A DNA stretch of 64,000 nucleotides from Amoeboaphelidium protococcarum X5 (Eukaryota > Fungi > Aphelidiomycota). Location: contig JALDTO010000192.1 in the NCBI GenBank assembly GCA_023515725.1, positions 823,517-887,516 on the forward strand, in the 5' to 3' direction. The translations under genes were made by a program, and so were the position numbers. Shown here piece after piece: positions 27,054 to 39,972 of the stretch; the first letter of the stretch is position 1; each line of letters opens with the position of its first letter. Below the pieces are notes generated by a model. The model did not search any database. It was not told the DNA's origin and saw only the letters and a list, made by a program, of their open reading frames with translations.

Positions 27054-28946
27054 ATGTTCCCATTATTATCATATTTGTTGGGAGTCGTTGGCATATTTAT
27101 GCTACCGTTTTTTAAGAAGGGAATTTACATTGATGAGAATGCTCTTCTGGTTGGCAATGTGGCACTTTAAACTGACCGTGATGAAGTGCTTAATAAGTTT
27201 GTGGAGCACTATGACCATCTCCGATCTAATGATTCCTATAATAGAACTCGGTACCTAAATGCTATTTGTCTGGTACATGAAGATTATGAGTGTTTTCAGG
27301 GAGCTGATGATAAAGTTTTGAGTATGAGAATCCCTGCCAAGCGGAGTGACGGCTCAGAGTCTATTGCCATCAGTGCATCGATTCAGGACAATTCTTTTGG
27401 TGTTTCCGTAGCCTTGGCTCTTATCGAAGCTTACCAGGATGCCACGTTTATGTAGAAGAATCTTGTTCTCATATTTTATCAGCCTGATATTGGTAATGAC
27501 AGTTCATAGATTGAGTAAATACTACAGCGATCAAATTCCGTTGGTTCCTACCTGGCTCTGGAGTTTAGCGATTCTTTGGAATACAACATGCTGGATATTG
27601 ATCATGTAGGTGCGAACGGTTTACTACCTAATATGGACATTATGAGTACTCTGCTCACACTCTCGCTGTCTCATCTGTACATGCCGGTGAGATTAAATTT
27701 GAATGATCAGGTGGTTAATTCCATTCCCAACCATGATACGAAGCAGTACGTGGGGAACATGTTGAAGATGTTCAGTTTTATGAAGTTGTAGTTCAAGTGT
27801 GGAATGGATAATGCAAATGCGGTGATGAATTAGCGAAGAGCTGAAGGAGCCACTTTAATTGGTAGTATAGCCGAGGGATATTCTTATGGTGTGTACTCGT
27901 AACGTCAAGTCCTCAATCTTGTGGACATGTATCTACGCAGTATGAATAATCTGCTTGAACGTTTGCATCATTCGTCCAATTTTTATATTATTATCGATGG
28001 CAGATGGTATATTCCGATGGGAGTGTACATTATTGTCGTTGCATTACTTAGTATTTCGCTATTGCTTCAATCTTGGCGTATCATTAAAAGACTGTTGGAT
28101 GTTGAGATTCGTCGAAAGTTTGAGCTCAAGAATTACTGGGTGAATTTTACGGTTCAGTAGGTGGATATGTCGTTTGCTGTGTGGTTTATAACTTTGAACT
28201 TTGCTTTTGGTTACCTTGTCTTTGCTCTCCCTACTCTATTTAAATGGGTTGGAATGGATTAAAAGGATTCACGCGTACTTGCTATAATTACAGGAGCATT
28301 ATACTTTCTGGTAGTTTGTGTTGATATCATCATTTTATCTCTCAACAATCACACAGTGTCTAAATGGTCTAAGGTCACTCAGGTTCAGCTAATTTATTCT
28401 GGGGTATGTCTTATCGCCGCTATTACGTTCACGTGCACCTCTATAATTAATTTTACTTTTGGCTTTGTGTCTCTGCTGTTATTCGGTTTGGCGTACTTGA
28501 TTGTTGGTGCACTTATTGGCGGCGGCTCTGCTTCATCAACTTCAAGTAAAGTTGTGTATATTACGCCCGCATCAACTGTGCTCAAAGCATTCAGTAAAAT
28601 CATTAAATTGTCATCTGTGGCCCCTGTGATTATCCTACTTACCACTCCAGTGTTATTTATCGTGTTAGACCAACATTATTCAGATTAGAACTTGCAGTCT
28701 CTGGCTGTGTGGATTGCTAAGCAGTATTATGAATTTAAATTTGATGTTTTAGATCCATAGTACTTGATGGAGTATGTGAAATCTGTGAACGCTTTACTCA
28801 TGATACGTCCTGCACTCTAACGCCTCATTGCAGAGATTGGAGTAATTGTGTCAGCATACGAAAATCATGGAATATGGTTGTGGCCTTTATTTACAATTCT
28901 GTGGCTACCCCTGTCCTCAATCGCCGTTTCCCTCTCAGTTTCATGA
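27054..28946 (+). CDS. GAA1: GPI transamidase subunit Gaa1, ~630 aa (5' end uncertain)
   Basis: YIDENALL, RSDGSESI, GANGLLPNMD, RSMNNLLERLHHSSNFY, multiple C-terminal TM segments. Confidence 0.9.
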
Positions 28947-29160
28947 GTTCTTTGTGATTTCTTAAAGATTCATTCAGTTTCAATTGTGAAGTTGGTTTTC
29001 TTCATCATTTAACTTGATTACTGAACTTGTCTCTTCTTTGTTATACAGCTCAGACGCGCTTTCAGATTTCTTTCTTCTTCTCTTGTGACTGTTCTACAGT
29101 ATTATCGTTCAAGAAATTCAATTAATAATTGCGTATTATTGTGATTGTTTCAACTATAGA

Positions 29161-31146
29161 ATGACTTTGGAAATCAATGATGATAAAAGTAATAAATATG
29201 TGACTACGTGCATGCTTCATCGAGCAAGGTATTTACCGCTGACGGGTGGCAGTAAAGCTACGACCAACGATCGATAACAGTTATACATTAAGGCTGTTCT
29301 GTTGGGTAAATCTATCACATCTCCTATTAAATTTGCTGATTATAATGGAATTGCTTAATTTGATTTTGAATTTTAGTGGTAGTTGAGTGCTGATAATTAT
29401 TCAACTGTCACATAGAAGGGCGTTGTAATGAGATTAGTTTTGATGAAACGTTCACTGACTAATAAGATGAAGGATGTTCAAGTTGGCTATTTGATTATTA
29501 ATACTCGCCAATTTCCTGTATCTCAATAATGGTTTCAATTATCTGGTGTTAAAAGAAATTTAGCTGTCCCTGAATTACTTGTTACGATTTAATGTCAATC
29601 AGAGTAGATTTCTCAGTATATTGATGGCGAAGTAAGTGCAGATTCTGAGTAGAGAGATGACATAAAGCCATAAATTGTATAAAGTGAAGAGCTTGAATAT
29701 ATTAAGCTGGAAGATGATTAGATTGATGGCCAAGGGGAGAATATCGCATAAAAAAGTCCTTTGCCATCTTCTGAGGTGGAGCTCCATCATTATAGAGTTT
29801 CGTATTATATCTCTTAGATTTACAATAATACTGGTCATGTTGGTCATTTCTACACTTATTATGTGTCTCCATTCTCGTATGAGGTTGTGATGTCTCTTCC
29901 TCCGGTGGAAATAAAATAAGCCTAAACGTCTACATTGGATGAGAAAGTAAAGGCAGAGTCTACGGAGTTCATTTATCCATCGTCTTTAGTTGATGAATAT
30001 ATGAAAAGTATATCTTTGCATGTTTATTTGTACACAAGAGATCCATAAGGCTATTAGAGAGATTAATTGATTCAAAATGAGTTATCTGTGGATGGATCCG
30101 TGTTGATTTCTCTCTCTCCCATAGTTAATGCTGGAAGCTCTTGGGAAGTGGACTCTGGAAGTACAACCTTTACTCGGACAGTTAATCAATGGTGTGATAT
30201 TGTGTAAAATGATCAAGTTGTCGCCTCTCTGAATACTGTGATTTCTTTGGAAGATTTTGGAATTGTTGATTAGATGTCTCCACATATTGCTGATTTTCAC
30301 AATGATAAGGATTTTCCCGCTGACAATAAAGATTATGAAATACAATCCTCTGCAGTGTATGATTTTATGGATTAGAGTCATGATAGATCACAAAGGGAAG
30401 ATGATGAATTGTATAATGATCCGACGGATCTGTACTTTAATGATTTGGAAAAAATATGGCTTGATGTTCTATAGCGTCGAAAAGCTATGGATCAACACAC
30501 TGTGCACTAGTTAGATGAAATGCTTTAGACACTAGAATAATTCACCGACACCTTGGAGTTGAAATGTGAAAAGAATCATCAAGTGGCGAAGAAGCTGGAA
30601 TTATTCTAAAAGATGCTGAACGACGATCAGGCCTAGAATAGGAACGAGTTTGAATCTGAATTGTAATAGTTAAAGGTTGATTATGTTCATCAATCAAAGA
30701 TTAGAGAAACCACTTTGAAGCAGGTACAAAATGAGTGCCGATTAATTGAGGAGTAGATCAAAGATCTGGAGAAGCTGTTAAAGCAATTGAACATGGAGAT
30801 TGCTCAACAGTAGAAGGCTATTAGTTTGTCAAATGTGCCTCAGTTGCAACAAGAACTGTAGATTAAGCAGGACAACTTGCGTCTACTTGTGAAAGAGAAG
30901 TCTGATCTACAAGCTGAATTTAAAGCACAGCAGCGGCAGTTGGATGAATTATCTTTCCTGGTACATGATAAAGAGAATAGCCAACAACTGAATTCGGATA
31001 AACTTATGCGCGTAATGAATGTTCACAGTCAGTTGGAATTGTTTAGTCAAGATCTATAACGAAGTCTATCTCTGGTAGAACACGACTTGATTGATGTAGC
31101 TTCGCTCAAGAAGGAAGTTGATCTTCTGTTTAGAACAACAATATGA
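29161..31146 (+). CDS. C2-domain + coiled-coil protein, divergent CEP120-like, ~661 aa
   Basis: N-terminal C2-like strand pattern (FDFEFQWQL..VGYLIINTR..WFQL), second C2-like region, long coiled coil, C-terminal LKKEVDLLFRT reminiscent of CEP120. Confidence 0.55.
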
Positions 31147-31849
31147 CTGTATAAATCTTGGTATTAACGTGTACATGATCTTTCTATCTATCTTTATTAT
31201 AATAGGCGAATGATTTATCTCGGCTCTGTTGTGATTTAGGTGCTCAGTGTGATGACTTTGCCTTGGGAATTTGTAAATATCTACAGCAAGCAACCTCTAT
31301 TGCCTTAGTTACGCTCACTTGAGAAAACGCCACTGAGAGATGTGGCGTTTGTTTCAACCACAAACAAACTCAATCGGTTTCACTCTTTACTTAACAATCA
31401 TCATAATTTTAACAATGTCTATTGCCAGCTATATAAGCTGAATTTGCTCACTGCTTAATGATAAAGTATTCTCTGGTCAAGCCAATCGTTGGATTACTAT
31501 AAAATCGCTTGCAGTTGAAAATAGCAAATATCCATGGAGTAACATCTACTTATATGCTAACTGACTGTGCATTTCCTCAATGTTTGAAATAATAATGCTT
31601 GATTGCATGATATCACTAATGAATCAACTATTCTGTAATGATTACACCCCCTTCAATGTCTGACTAATGATGTCCTTACAGATATGATGCAGTATCTCAA
31701 GATACTGTAAATGGTTTATTGAAAAGGAATTGCAACTCGCTTATAGGCACTTTCACTATCGCGCTAGAAACCCTGATGAGCATAATCGCCCATTGCAAAA
31801 CTAGGACGTGTTAATGAATGTCGGTTGACGATTATCGGATAATTAGTTA

Positions 31850-33110
31850 ACCACATGTCTAGTCCCATCCAGTTTCCGCTAAGTGCATCGTTTAAAGTCA
31901 GCAAATACCTCGACTTGCTGGCTGTTGCAAAGTTTTTGGTGAACCTACGTTTTTCCTCACCTTCTTCGTTAATATGTTTGGATGGCCTTCCTTAACTGAA
32001 TTTATCCATCGTGTTAAAGAAAGAGACTCATCTCCAAACAACGAGGCTACTTTGTACGTCAGATACTCTAAACGGAGATTTTAAATCTTTTATTATGAGT
32101 AAATATTAAAAGTATTTGCCAGAAAAGCTGGTGGTATAGACTGGTCATACTAAGTCATGGAAACTGGTAAAAATGACCTCTTACATGTGTATTTAATCAT
32201 GAAAACTGGTGGCTCTATTTAAAGAATGATTGACAAAAATATCATTTGGAGTTATGCATATGGCGCGGCAGATGTCGTATTTGATAAACTGTACAAGTAT
32301 CAAATACACACCTGCGGTGATTACTGTTTGGTCGATGGAAGATGTCGATTTGATATACCACGACAATAGCAGTAAGAAACTGAGCTAGTACGGAACCACG
32401 TCAAATACAAGCTGAGATGCGCTTTCGATATTCGTCTATTCAACTGCAGTGATAAAATGCTCTTGTGCTGGGATGGGTAAATGAACGCGTAGTATGTGCC
32501 AAGTGGGTAAATTGGGCAATACGTTACTAAGTATTGTTCCAAATCTGATTCTTTAATTGCGAACCCCAGCCTTTGTAGTCGCTAACAATGTTGATACATA
32601 GTTACTATAATCATTGGCTGTGTATTTTCGACAAAGAAAGTCCATACCACTTATCTGACGTACATCATGCTTGGCTATGGGACTGATTGTTGCACTCGGG
32701 ATGTTGTATATATCCCTCCGTGTTTACAGTCTTACCAGCATGGTATATTGCGGCCGCTACATGTTCTCGAGCGATTGGCAGATGAAAGTGATTAAATATT
32801 TTACGACAGCAAAGTTGTAAAATATTTAAGAAGGCCGCCTTAGTTCCATCATCTGTCCTATCCTGATTTCTATAGGTGTGTCACAGTTACCTCCCATCAT
32901 GATGGTACTATTACATACCGGGAAAGACAAAGAGAAGTTGCAGTGCGCTCGTATTATTTTACAATTTCTGCAGGGGATAAATTTTATGAATAAAGCGCTG
33001 TTATGGACGACTTGTCCCATCTTATAAGAAGCGGGATATCCCGGATTTGACTATCTGTCTGGTATGCACCCAGCAAACAGGTTGGCGTTTCTAGTAACTC
33101 ATAACACTGA
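31850..33110 (+). mobile_element. Degenerate Helitron-like HUH Rep domain (frameshifts and TGA stops); may extend upstream to ~31210
   Basis: DLLAVAK/GEPTFFLTF, METGKNDLLHVY (decayed HUH motif), QIHTC..YC....CRFDIPR, WDGQMNAQY..YVTKYCSK, LRPLHVLERL..IFYDSKVVKYLRRP. Confidence 0.75.
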
Positions 33111-33281
33111 TGATGTTGTACACGTTTTACGCACTCATTATAGACTGACTCAAGATTGAAAACAATATAATATAATTTGAATATTTTAAAATAAAGCAAC
33201 AATTCATAATTCTGTTTCTTTTTCCTCATAATACTAATAAACGCAATCATCATTGCACAACAAACTTTAACCATCAAATTA

Positions 33282-34600
33282 TCAGAGCAAATGCACATTC
33301 TAATGATTAGGAACTCTTGCAATCGCTGAATATGCCAAACCATGACCAAACAGTGGAGACATTAGAATATTTAATCCAGGCAGAGTTTGCGACTAAATTT
33401 TATGAATTGTGGCCGCATATCCAGGACTAATGGCAAATTAAATTCTTGTAAATCCAGTTGGTGGATCTGTTCCGATAAACCTTGGAATTTCAACAATTTA
33501 TCCGGGCCATGCATCGAATTCAATGAAAACACTGGTTCCATCACGCGATATACGATGCAAGAACCCAAACATCACATTCTTAATGTGTGACAACGCCCCC
33601 AGATGATTGGCAACAATCATAATCCTCATACCTTCAGCCAAAAGAACATTAGCCTTCAGATCGTAAGTGCCGCCACGCACACGCCGCGGTTCATCTCCTT
33701 CCAAATACCCCCAATCCTAGATATCAATGGCCGGTATGTTGGCAGCATATATGTTAGGATCAGCCAGTAATTCTGCCAGTCTAAAATTATTGATTTCATC
33801 GCATTATTGGACGGTAGGAGCAAGCACCATAAACCGTTGATCGTATCCAACTAATCGCATTTGCAACAACATGTTGAAACAACGATCATGGATCATACGC
33901 CTTCTTAGAAATCTCAAAAAGTACATCATATAGGGATCGTCGCGATGTCTAATGCTTTCCTTCATTTCAACAACGGTCAGCTCCCTGAATGGACCATACA
34001 TAAAAATCCAAGATCCAGACGGCGGATGACATTAGAAGAAGTCTCCAAAGAACACCACCTGCACACCACCACAAAACGAATCAACTTGATGATCGAATAG
34101 AGCTCTCAACTTATTGTCCACCGCCTCATTAACTCAGCCTGCAGCATACTCACCTCATCAACAATAAACACAACATCCATAGCTCGCACATTGTCAGGAA
34201 ACCCAAGATCAGATTTAGATTGCACGGTAGAATGCCATACTTTTTCTCTTGTGATCGTTTGTTTATTACTCAAACGAAACGTTTCATGAATAATAAATAG
34301 TATTGCCTTCCTCAAACTGTATATAGTAGTTAGACCAGTGGGACACACCAGCAACACATGTTTACCAATTGATACAGCTTATTCTTAGCATCTTTAATTC
34401 AGAACAGGTACGACATCCTTGTTTCAACCTGTCTCCAGTACACCAAGAGCAACTATCAACAATTTGGGCAACCCGTAGCAGCATAAGCTGTTTTTTACCG
34501 AGTCAGACAACTAATTCAAATTACGTCCATACTTTAATCCTAACACGCCGTAACTGTAAAAATTAATCAAGTTTATAACTACAAGGCATCTTCATCTCCT
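33282..34600 (-). mobile_element. Degenerate PIF1-family helicase (Helitron Hel domain), frameshifted, antisense to the Rep
   Basis: VLLVCPTG, FIVDEVSML, GGVQVVFFGDFFQCHPP, ESIRHRDDP, EGMRIMIVAN, ATIHKIQSQTL, HGLAYSAIARV. Confidence 0.8.
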
Positions 34601-34912
34601 TGTTATCGCTATTTATGAACATAGTGGAGCGAAGAAGACGCTCAGTGTTGTTTGTTTGTAAAAGCTTCGCTGACACTATAGGGTTGTTTCACCTGAATGA
34701 ATGACTGACTGACTGAAAAAGAGCGTTTCATCGCTGACGAACGTACTGTACACGCACTGTAACCATAAAAATAACCCAGAGATTCCATGTGGATCAACTG
34801 TTGATTAACCATATGCAAGAAAGCTTAGTTTTGATTGACCCCTAACTTCATTTCCATCTTTTGGGAATTCAATTTACTACTGCAACAATATCAAATATTT
34901 TGTATCAGCACC

Positions 34913-36967
34913 ATGATATTATTAAAATTAATCATTTTAATCAGCTGGCTCTTGATGAATGTTGCTGCTGGCGGCAGCGGAGGATAGAAGAAGAAGCCTC
35001 GACAGAAAGCGCGAATCAACAATGCTCACTCTTCGAAGGAGCAGGTCGACTTTACTGCGATTGTGGCACATGATGGAAGCCCCTAGTCAATGTATGACGC
35101 GCTGTTGAAGACTTTTGACGAAACCCAGATTGATATGGGCACATATTCAGAGAAGGTAGAGGAGGCATCTCTCTTTGTATCCCAGGTTTTGGAATCCTCA
35201 AAGGATCTGGTTGAAGATCTCGCTTTGGATCATGACGCATTTGATCAATTTTTGGATTGCTCCAACGTTGGCTCCGACGTGTAGCAGTCTAACGCTGTGC
35301 TCCGGAAACTGTTGCAAGATTATGCCACTATTAAGACCAGCGAGTACTTGTATGTCAAGACTGAGTCGATCATATACCTGAGCTTTTTCAGAGAATATCT
35401 TGCTGTACTGGAAGCTGGTCGCGTCTAAAAATTTCACTTGTACAACGTTGTGGCGAATCTTCATCGACTCATTCTCCTACTCTCCAATACGATATTTGTG
35501 GAGATCAATATGGCTAGAGATAGATTGTTGGGATTAAAAAAGGCATTGATAAAAGTTCATGGCTACAATTATAGGCAGAAAATTTAGGATGAAAAATTAT
35601 TGGCTTTGGAGCTTTCCACCTTGGAATTGTTAAAGCTGGAGGATATTGAGAAAATCTTCTCCCAACTCGACCTGACACGCTCATCTTCTATCAATTCTGT
35701 GACGCAGATGGCAATTGCAGACATTCGTTCCAACCTATCTAAGTTTCCAGATTTTACGCGTGCCATATCTCTCATAATGGATGTTGTCATAACTTACATG
35801 GGAGTATACAGCATCCTCATACCGACTGTCGCTGGTAATCAAGCGTTTCTACACATGCTCTCAGAATGGCATAAAAGTCTTCCTATTCATAATCTTGCAA
35901 GTGGTCGAGTGGATCATCGGAACTAAGTGAAAAGTAATATACTATCTATGCTGAATAAACCAGGTGAAGAGGAGATATACGATCCTTTTGAAGCGAAAGC
36001 TGACTTCATTACTGACTTGTTCGCTATCGATCGTGTTTTCAAGATATGGAATGCTTTGGCTTAGCAAGAAGAGTACATTTAGTTATGCTTTGCTCAAAGA
36101 AATTAATACTATCTACTCACAAGGCAAGAGTAAGCAGAGTGGTTAGACTACTAATATAAAGCTTATCGCTAGTTGGTTGCCGATATATATACTCACTTAT
36201 ATCGATTCTACCGAGAGATTATGATTGGCGAATTTATTAATTTGAAGCCAGGTGTATAGAGAATTATACAGGTTTCCGGTGATGATGCTGACTCTATATC
36301 TACTCATGAAGTCGTTCAGTTGTCAGAGGTGTTGAAATAGTCTTTGTTACTGGATGAGAATGCAGATGACAATGGCTAGGGATTGGCAATCGCGAGTGAA
36401 GATTTGTAGATAAATCGCGATGAAGATGCACCAATTGCTCGTGATTATCCTGGTTATGGGAATAAGCACGAGGATTTTGAAGTCGATTCATATCATTATA
36501 AGCCGCAATTTGGTTTAGAGAAGCAATCTGATTCCATTTTTGAGACCAAGACGTAGCCACCAACTGACGATATACCTTCTCGGAAGGATATATGCCGATC
36601 TTTGGAGCAGTATGGAAGGTATCAGTTCAAGGGATGTGGTGAACTTCAATCTAAAAGTATCCCGCCAATTGCGATAAAAAAGAACTAGATGAGGATACTT
36701 TGTCAGATCATGTACGGCGAGATTGAAGGTGGAAGCAATGTCTAATTTCTGGATTTTAAGAAACTTTTGGCTTAATTCGGAGCCTCGTTTACACCAAAAG
36801 GTGGCAGTATTGAAAGAATAGATATACCGTGGATTAGGAAGGACTTCAAGATCATTGATGGACCTCACAAGAGTTCGACCAGGCTGGGCAGGAATGTGAT
36901 CAAAGGAGCGCGCAATGTGCTCAACCATTTCTAGATACTTCCTGAATTCTTTACACCGGTATATTGA
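34913..36967 (+). CDS. Putative secreted effector, copy A: signal peptide + basic patch + C-terminal HicA-like domain, 684 aa
   Basis: MILLKLIILISWLLMNVAA|GGSGGQKKKPRQKAR ... VQFLDFKKLLAQFGASFTPKGGSIERIDIPWIRKDFKIIDGPHKSSTRLGRNVIKGARNVLNHFQILPEF; single table 6 frame. Confidence 0.8.
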
Positions 36968-37063
36968 TGATATAATTATCCTGATTAAGCGCATAAATAT
37001 TTGCCAAGGCTATGTAAGGGAATGAACATGAAATAGAATGTTTTCTGAACAAGTTTAATGCAT

Positions 37064-38339
37064 TTAATGAAGTCCTAGGACCTTGTACATGATTTTAGTC
37101 AATAAGCTTAGTAGTGGAATGTAGACGATGAACAGGCGCACAGTATCCAGTACCCACAAGTAACCGTCTTGCTGAACATCCCAAACATTAGATCCCTTGC
37201 CATAGACGTTCTCATTGATAACAAGATCTTTGTACGCGCACTTCTCTTTACAATACGGGCACATATCTTTCTTGCCAATAAGGAGCCATCCGCGAATACA
37301 CGGCTCGTGGAAGCTGTGCCTGCATGACAGTCTCACAGATGGTATAAGAAGAGATAAATCAGTGCCATACCCAGATGATTGATGTGAAGGAGGCGAATGC
37401 AGATGACCAGTTTGAGACGACTATTCGCCAAAGTCCGAGTCATTGACAGCATCACCACATAAAGCACATACACCAGATCTGAGATGCTTAGCGGGAAAGC
37501 CTTCAGTTACAAAGTATCCCACACCAGAGGCCATAGTGGAACTCAACAAGTCAATCAAATCTCTAGCCAGAATACCAAAATATAGAGCGTAGAATAGAAA
37601 TAACACTGCCGTCTCAAAGAACCAAGGATTTCTATTATCAACACCTAGATCGTAAAGAGGATCAGAAGGACTGACATTACTATCCAGCGTCTGTTCGGTA
37701 CTCGTTGTATTACTGCGTCCATTTACACCAACAACACCGGCACCACCACCGCCGAAAACGGGCAGCGAAGACAAACCAAGAAAGTCGGCGATAAACAACA
37801 CGTATCCAATTATACCGATTAGATAGCAGATCTGGTAACAACGCTAGAACCATCTATAAACCAATCTGGGCGTGGTATGAGACAGAGGTCTTCTACTAGC
37901 CATCCAAGAAATGTACGCATTACCCGCAGTGAATAATAGCCATACCACCTCAAATCTATACGGAGGCTTTTATTAAGAGGGAGACTTCTAACTTGAATGT
38001 GGATCGTTAGCCACCACGTTAGCTTACAAAGCGATCCCCATCGGTATAACCCATAACGCCAGCAACTCATATAATTTAAACGACTTGGCATTACACTTCT
38101 TCCAATACAAGACAACAACCTATATAGCGCATGCACATAGAATCATGACCAGGAACATGGCATTGTGTTCAGCCATTGCATCGGCAGTAGTTTAGTCTCC
38201 ATGCTCCTTCTAGATATGATCCATCAAAGGACTTCTACATACGAAACATATTCATTAGAAATTGGGGAATCGATAAGTAAGTATACAAATGTCACATGAA
38301 AATAAATTACCTTTCATGACTACTATTAGGCTGACTCAT
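37064..38339 (-). CDS. RNF121: RING-H2 membrane E3 ligase (RNF121/RNF175-like); intron 38310-38235; 3' end ambiguous
   Basis: LLALWVIPMG, LFYALYFGILARD, CALCG, LSCRHSFHEPCIRGWLLIGKKDMCPYCKEK; homology ends at LGLH-TAA (37066-37064), next in-frame TGA at 36490-36488. Confidence 0.85.
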
Positions 38340-38437
38340 TTTAACAATATTCTTTGTGCCAAAGAGGTTTTTCTTTTTCAGAGTGCCGCAGATTAAAGAA
38401 CTAATTCGCTTCGACTGGGGAACTTGATTGAGTTATC

Positions 38438-38866
38438 ATGAACAAACTTCGATCTTATTTTAATGCTAGATTCGCGTCTCTAGATAGAAGAACATCTGTG
38501 TAATATTTCACATCGTTTGTGATACTTCATGAATTATCTGCTGTTATTCCGCTGCCTGTGATATACTATGGTCTGTGGGTGTATGGATTCGGGAACGGTT
38601 TGTCTGATGAACAGGTGGTCGAAACTCTGCACATACGGCAAGAATATCTGGACAAGGCAAGACGAGTATATTACAAGTATTCTTCAAATACAACTGGAGA
38701 CTCTGGCAACACTACTTAAAAAGACGTGTCACCTGTTATTGTACGTATGGCTGCATCATACGCAGTAGTTAAGCTTCTGATGCCGGCTCGATTGGCAATG
38801 TCTGCGGTGCTTACACCGTCATTTACGCGTTCTGTTGTCGCTCCCATCTCGCGTCGCTTTCGATGA
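38438..38866 (+). CDS. FLILHELTA-family mitochondrial protein (Mrx11-like), 142 aa
   Basis: SFVILHELSAVIPL, AASYAVVKLLMPARLAMSAVLTP. Confidence 0.85.
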
Positions 38867-39190
38867 TATTCTCTTCTTAACCTGCAATGAAACTCCCTAC
38901 TGTATATCGCTTATGAAACTGAGCCATTTTGTTTAGATTCTTTGCCTTTGCTTATATGCTGTTCTACTGTATGCTTGCGTAAATTCAACTAATGTTTGAC
39001 TTTGCCAGCTTGACTGTTATCTGCCACTCGAAAGGAGTCAAAGCGACACCAGTTACCAAACGACATCTAACCCCACCCTCGCGCCAAAGAAATCCGTTTT
39101 GTAGCATTCCCCCTTTATTACATGACGACGCGAACTGGGCGCAATAATCTGCTATCAAAAAGAAAAAAGTGAAAAATTAATCGCCAAAAT

Positions 39191-39972
39191 ATGGTTGACT
39201 TAGATACTGTGATATATAGCGTGTTGAGTAGCTGTAAAATGAGTTGACTCAGTTAAGAAGTGATTATGACTAAAGGCTAGATGATTAAAAGATTTATTAA
39301 TAAAAAGCTAGAGATTAAAAGATTGTGTATAATAAAAAGCTGGAAGATTATAATGCGTAGATTGGCCAATTGTAATCAGAGCTAGCCTAAATTTAGATCA
39401 GAGATTTGCTGAGCACTTTTGGCACCTTATTCTGCAGCGAAGTCGGCAAGTGCTGGACAGAGCCTGTTAAAATCGAGCGCAATGTTGGTCAACATGAGAC
39501 TTAGTTAATCAATTTCACTTCAACCAAGAATTTGAGGCGTCTTGTTGAAGTAATAAGAGATAAGAATTAGACGGCGCCAGTTGGAGTTTGCAAGGCTATA
39601 GAAGCTTTGGATAAGGCATGTGGAGGTGATTCGGTGGCGTTGGCTCTGTATTGTCATGAGCACTAGGGAAACGAGAGCGTATTTAATGATAAGGCTCATC
39701 CTTTGTTGAAGTATCTTGCGGAAGGTGGTATTAATGATCTGGAGTCTGCTGCATCTGAGATTTTACAGAATCTGACTCCTATCAGCAAGGAAGTGGCCAC
39801 TTGTGTTCTATAGGCGGCCGTGACAAAGCAGGCCTAATAGAGTACCAAAGTGACCAGGTCTATCGCTAGCATGGAATTGCGCAGCAGAACTCCTACTCAA
39901 ACTGATATCCCGTCTTCCAAGCGTTCTAGTCGTGTCTAGTCTTCACAAAAATATAAAAAATAAAGAAAGTGA
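39191..39972 (+). pseudogene. Coiled-coil hypothetical protein with a probable 5' frameshift
   Basis: TGA-free frame 39199-39972 lacks an early ATG; ATG 39191 joins it if one AT is removed from gatatatag (~39211-39219), giving MVDLDTVIQRVEQLQNELTQLR. Confidence 0.5.

Noticed and set aside
34627-34643. GAGCG/CGCTC hairpin as a Helitron terminus
   Set aside because: Only a 5-bp stem and no properly placed CTRR end; not supportable from one copy
36515-36994. 159-aa minus-strand ORF as an independent gene
   Set aside because: Antisense to effector A with no recognisable motifs; relevant only as the possible RNF121 read-through
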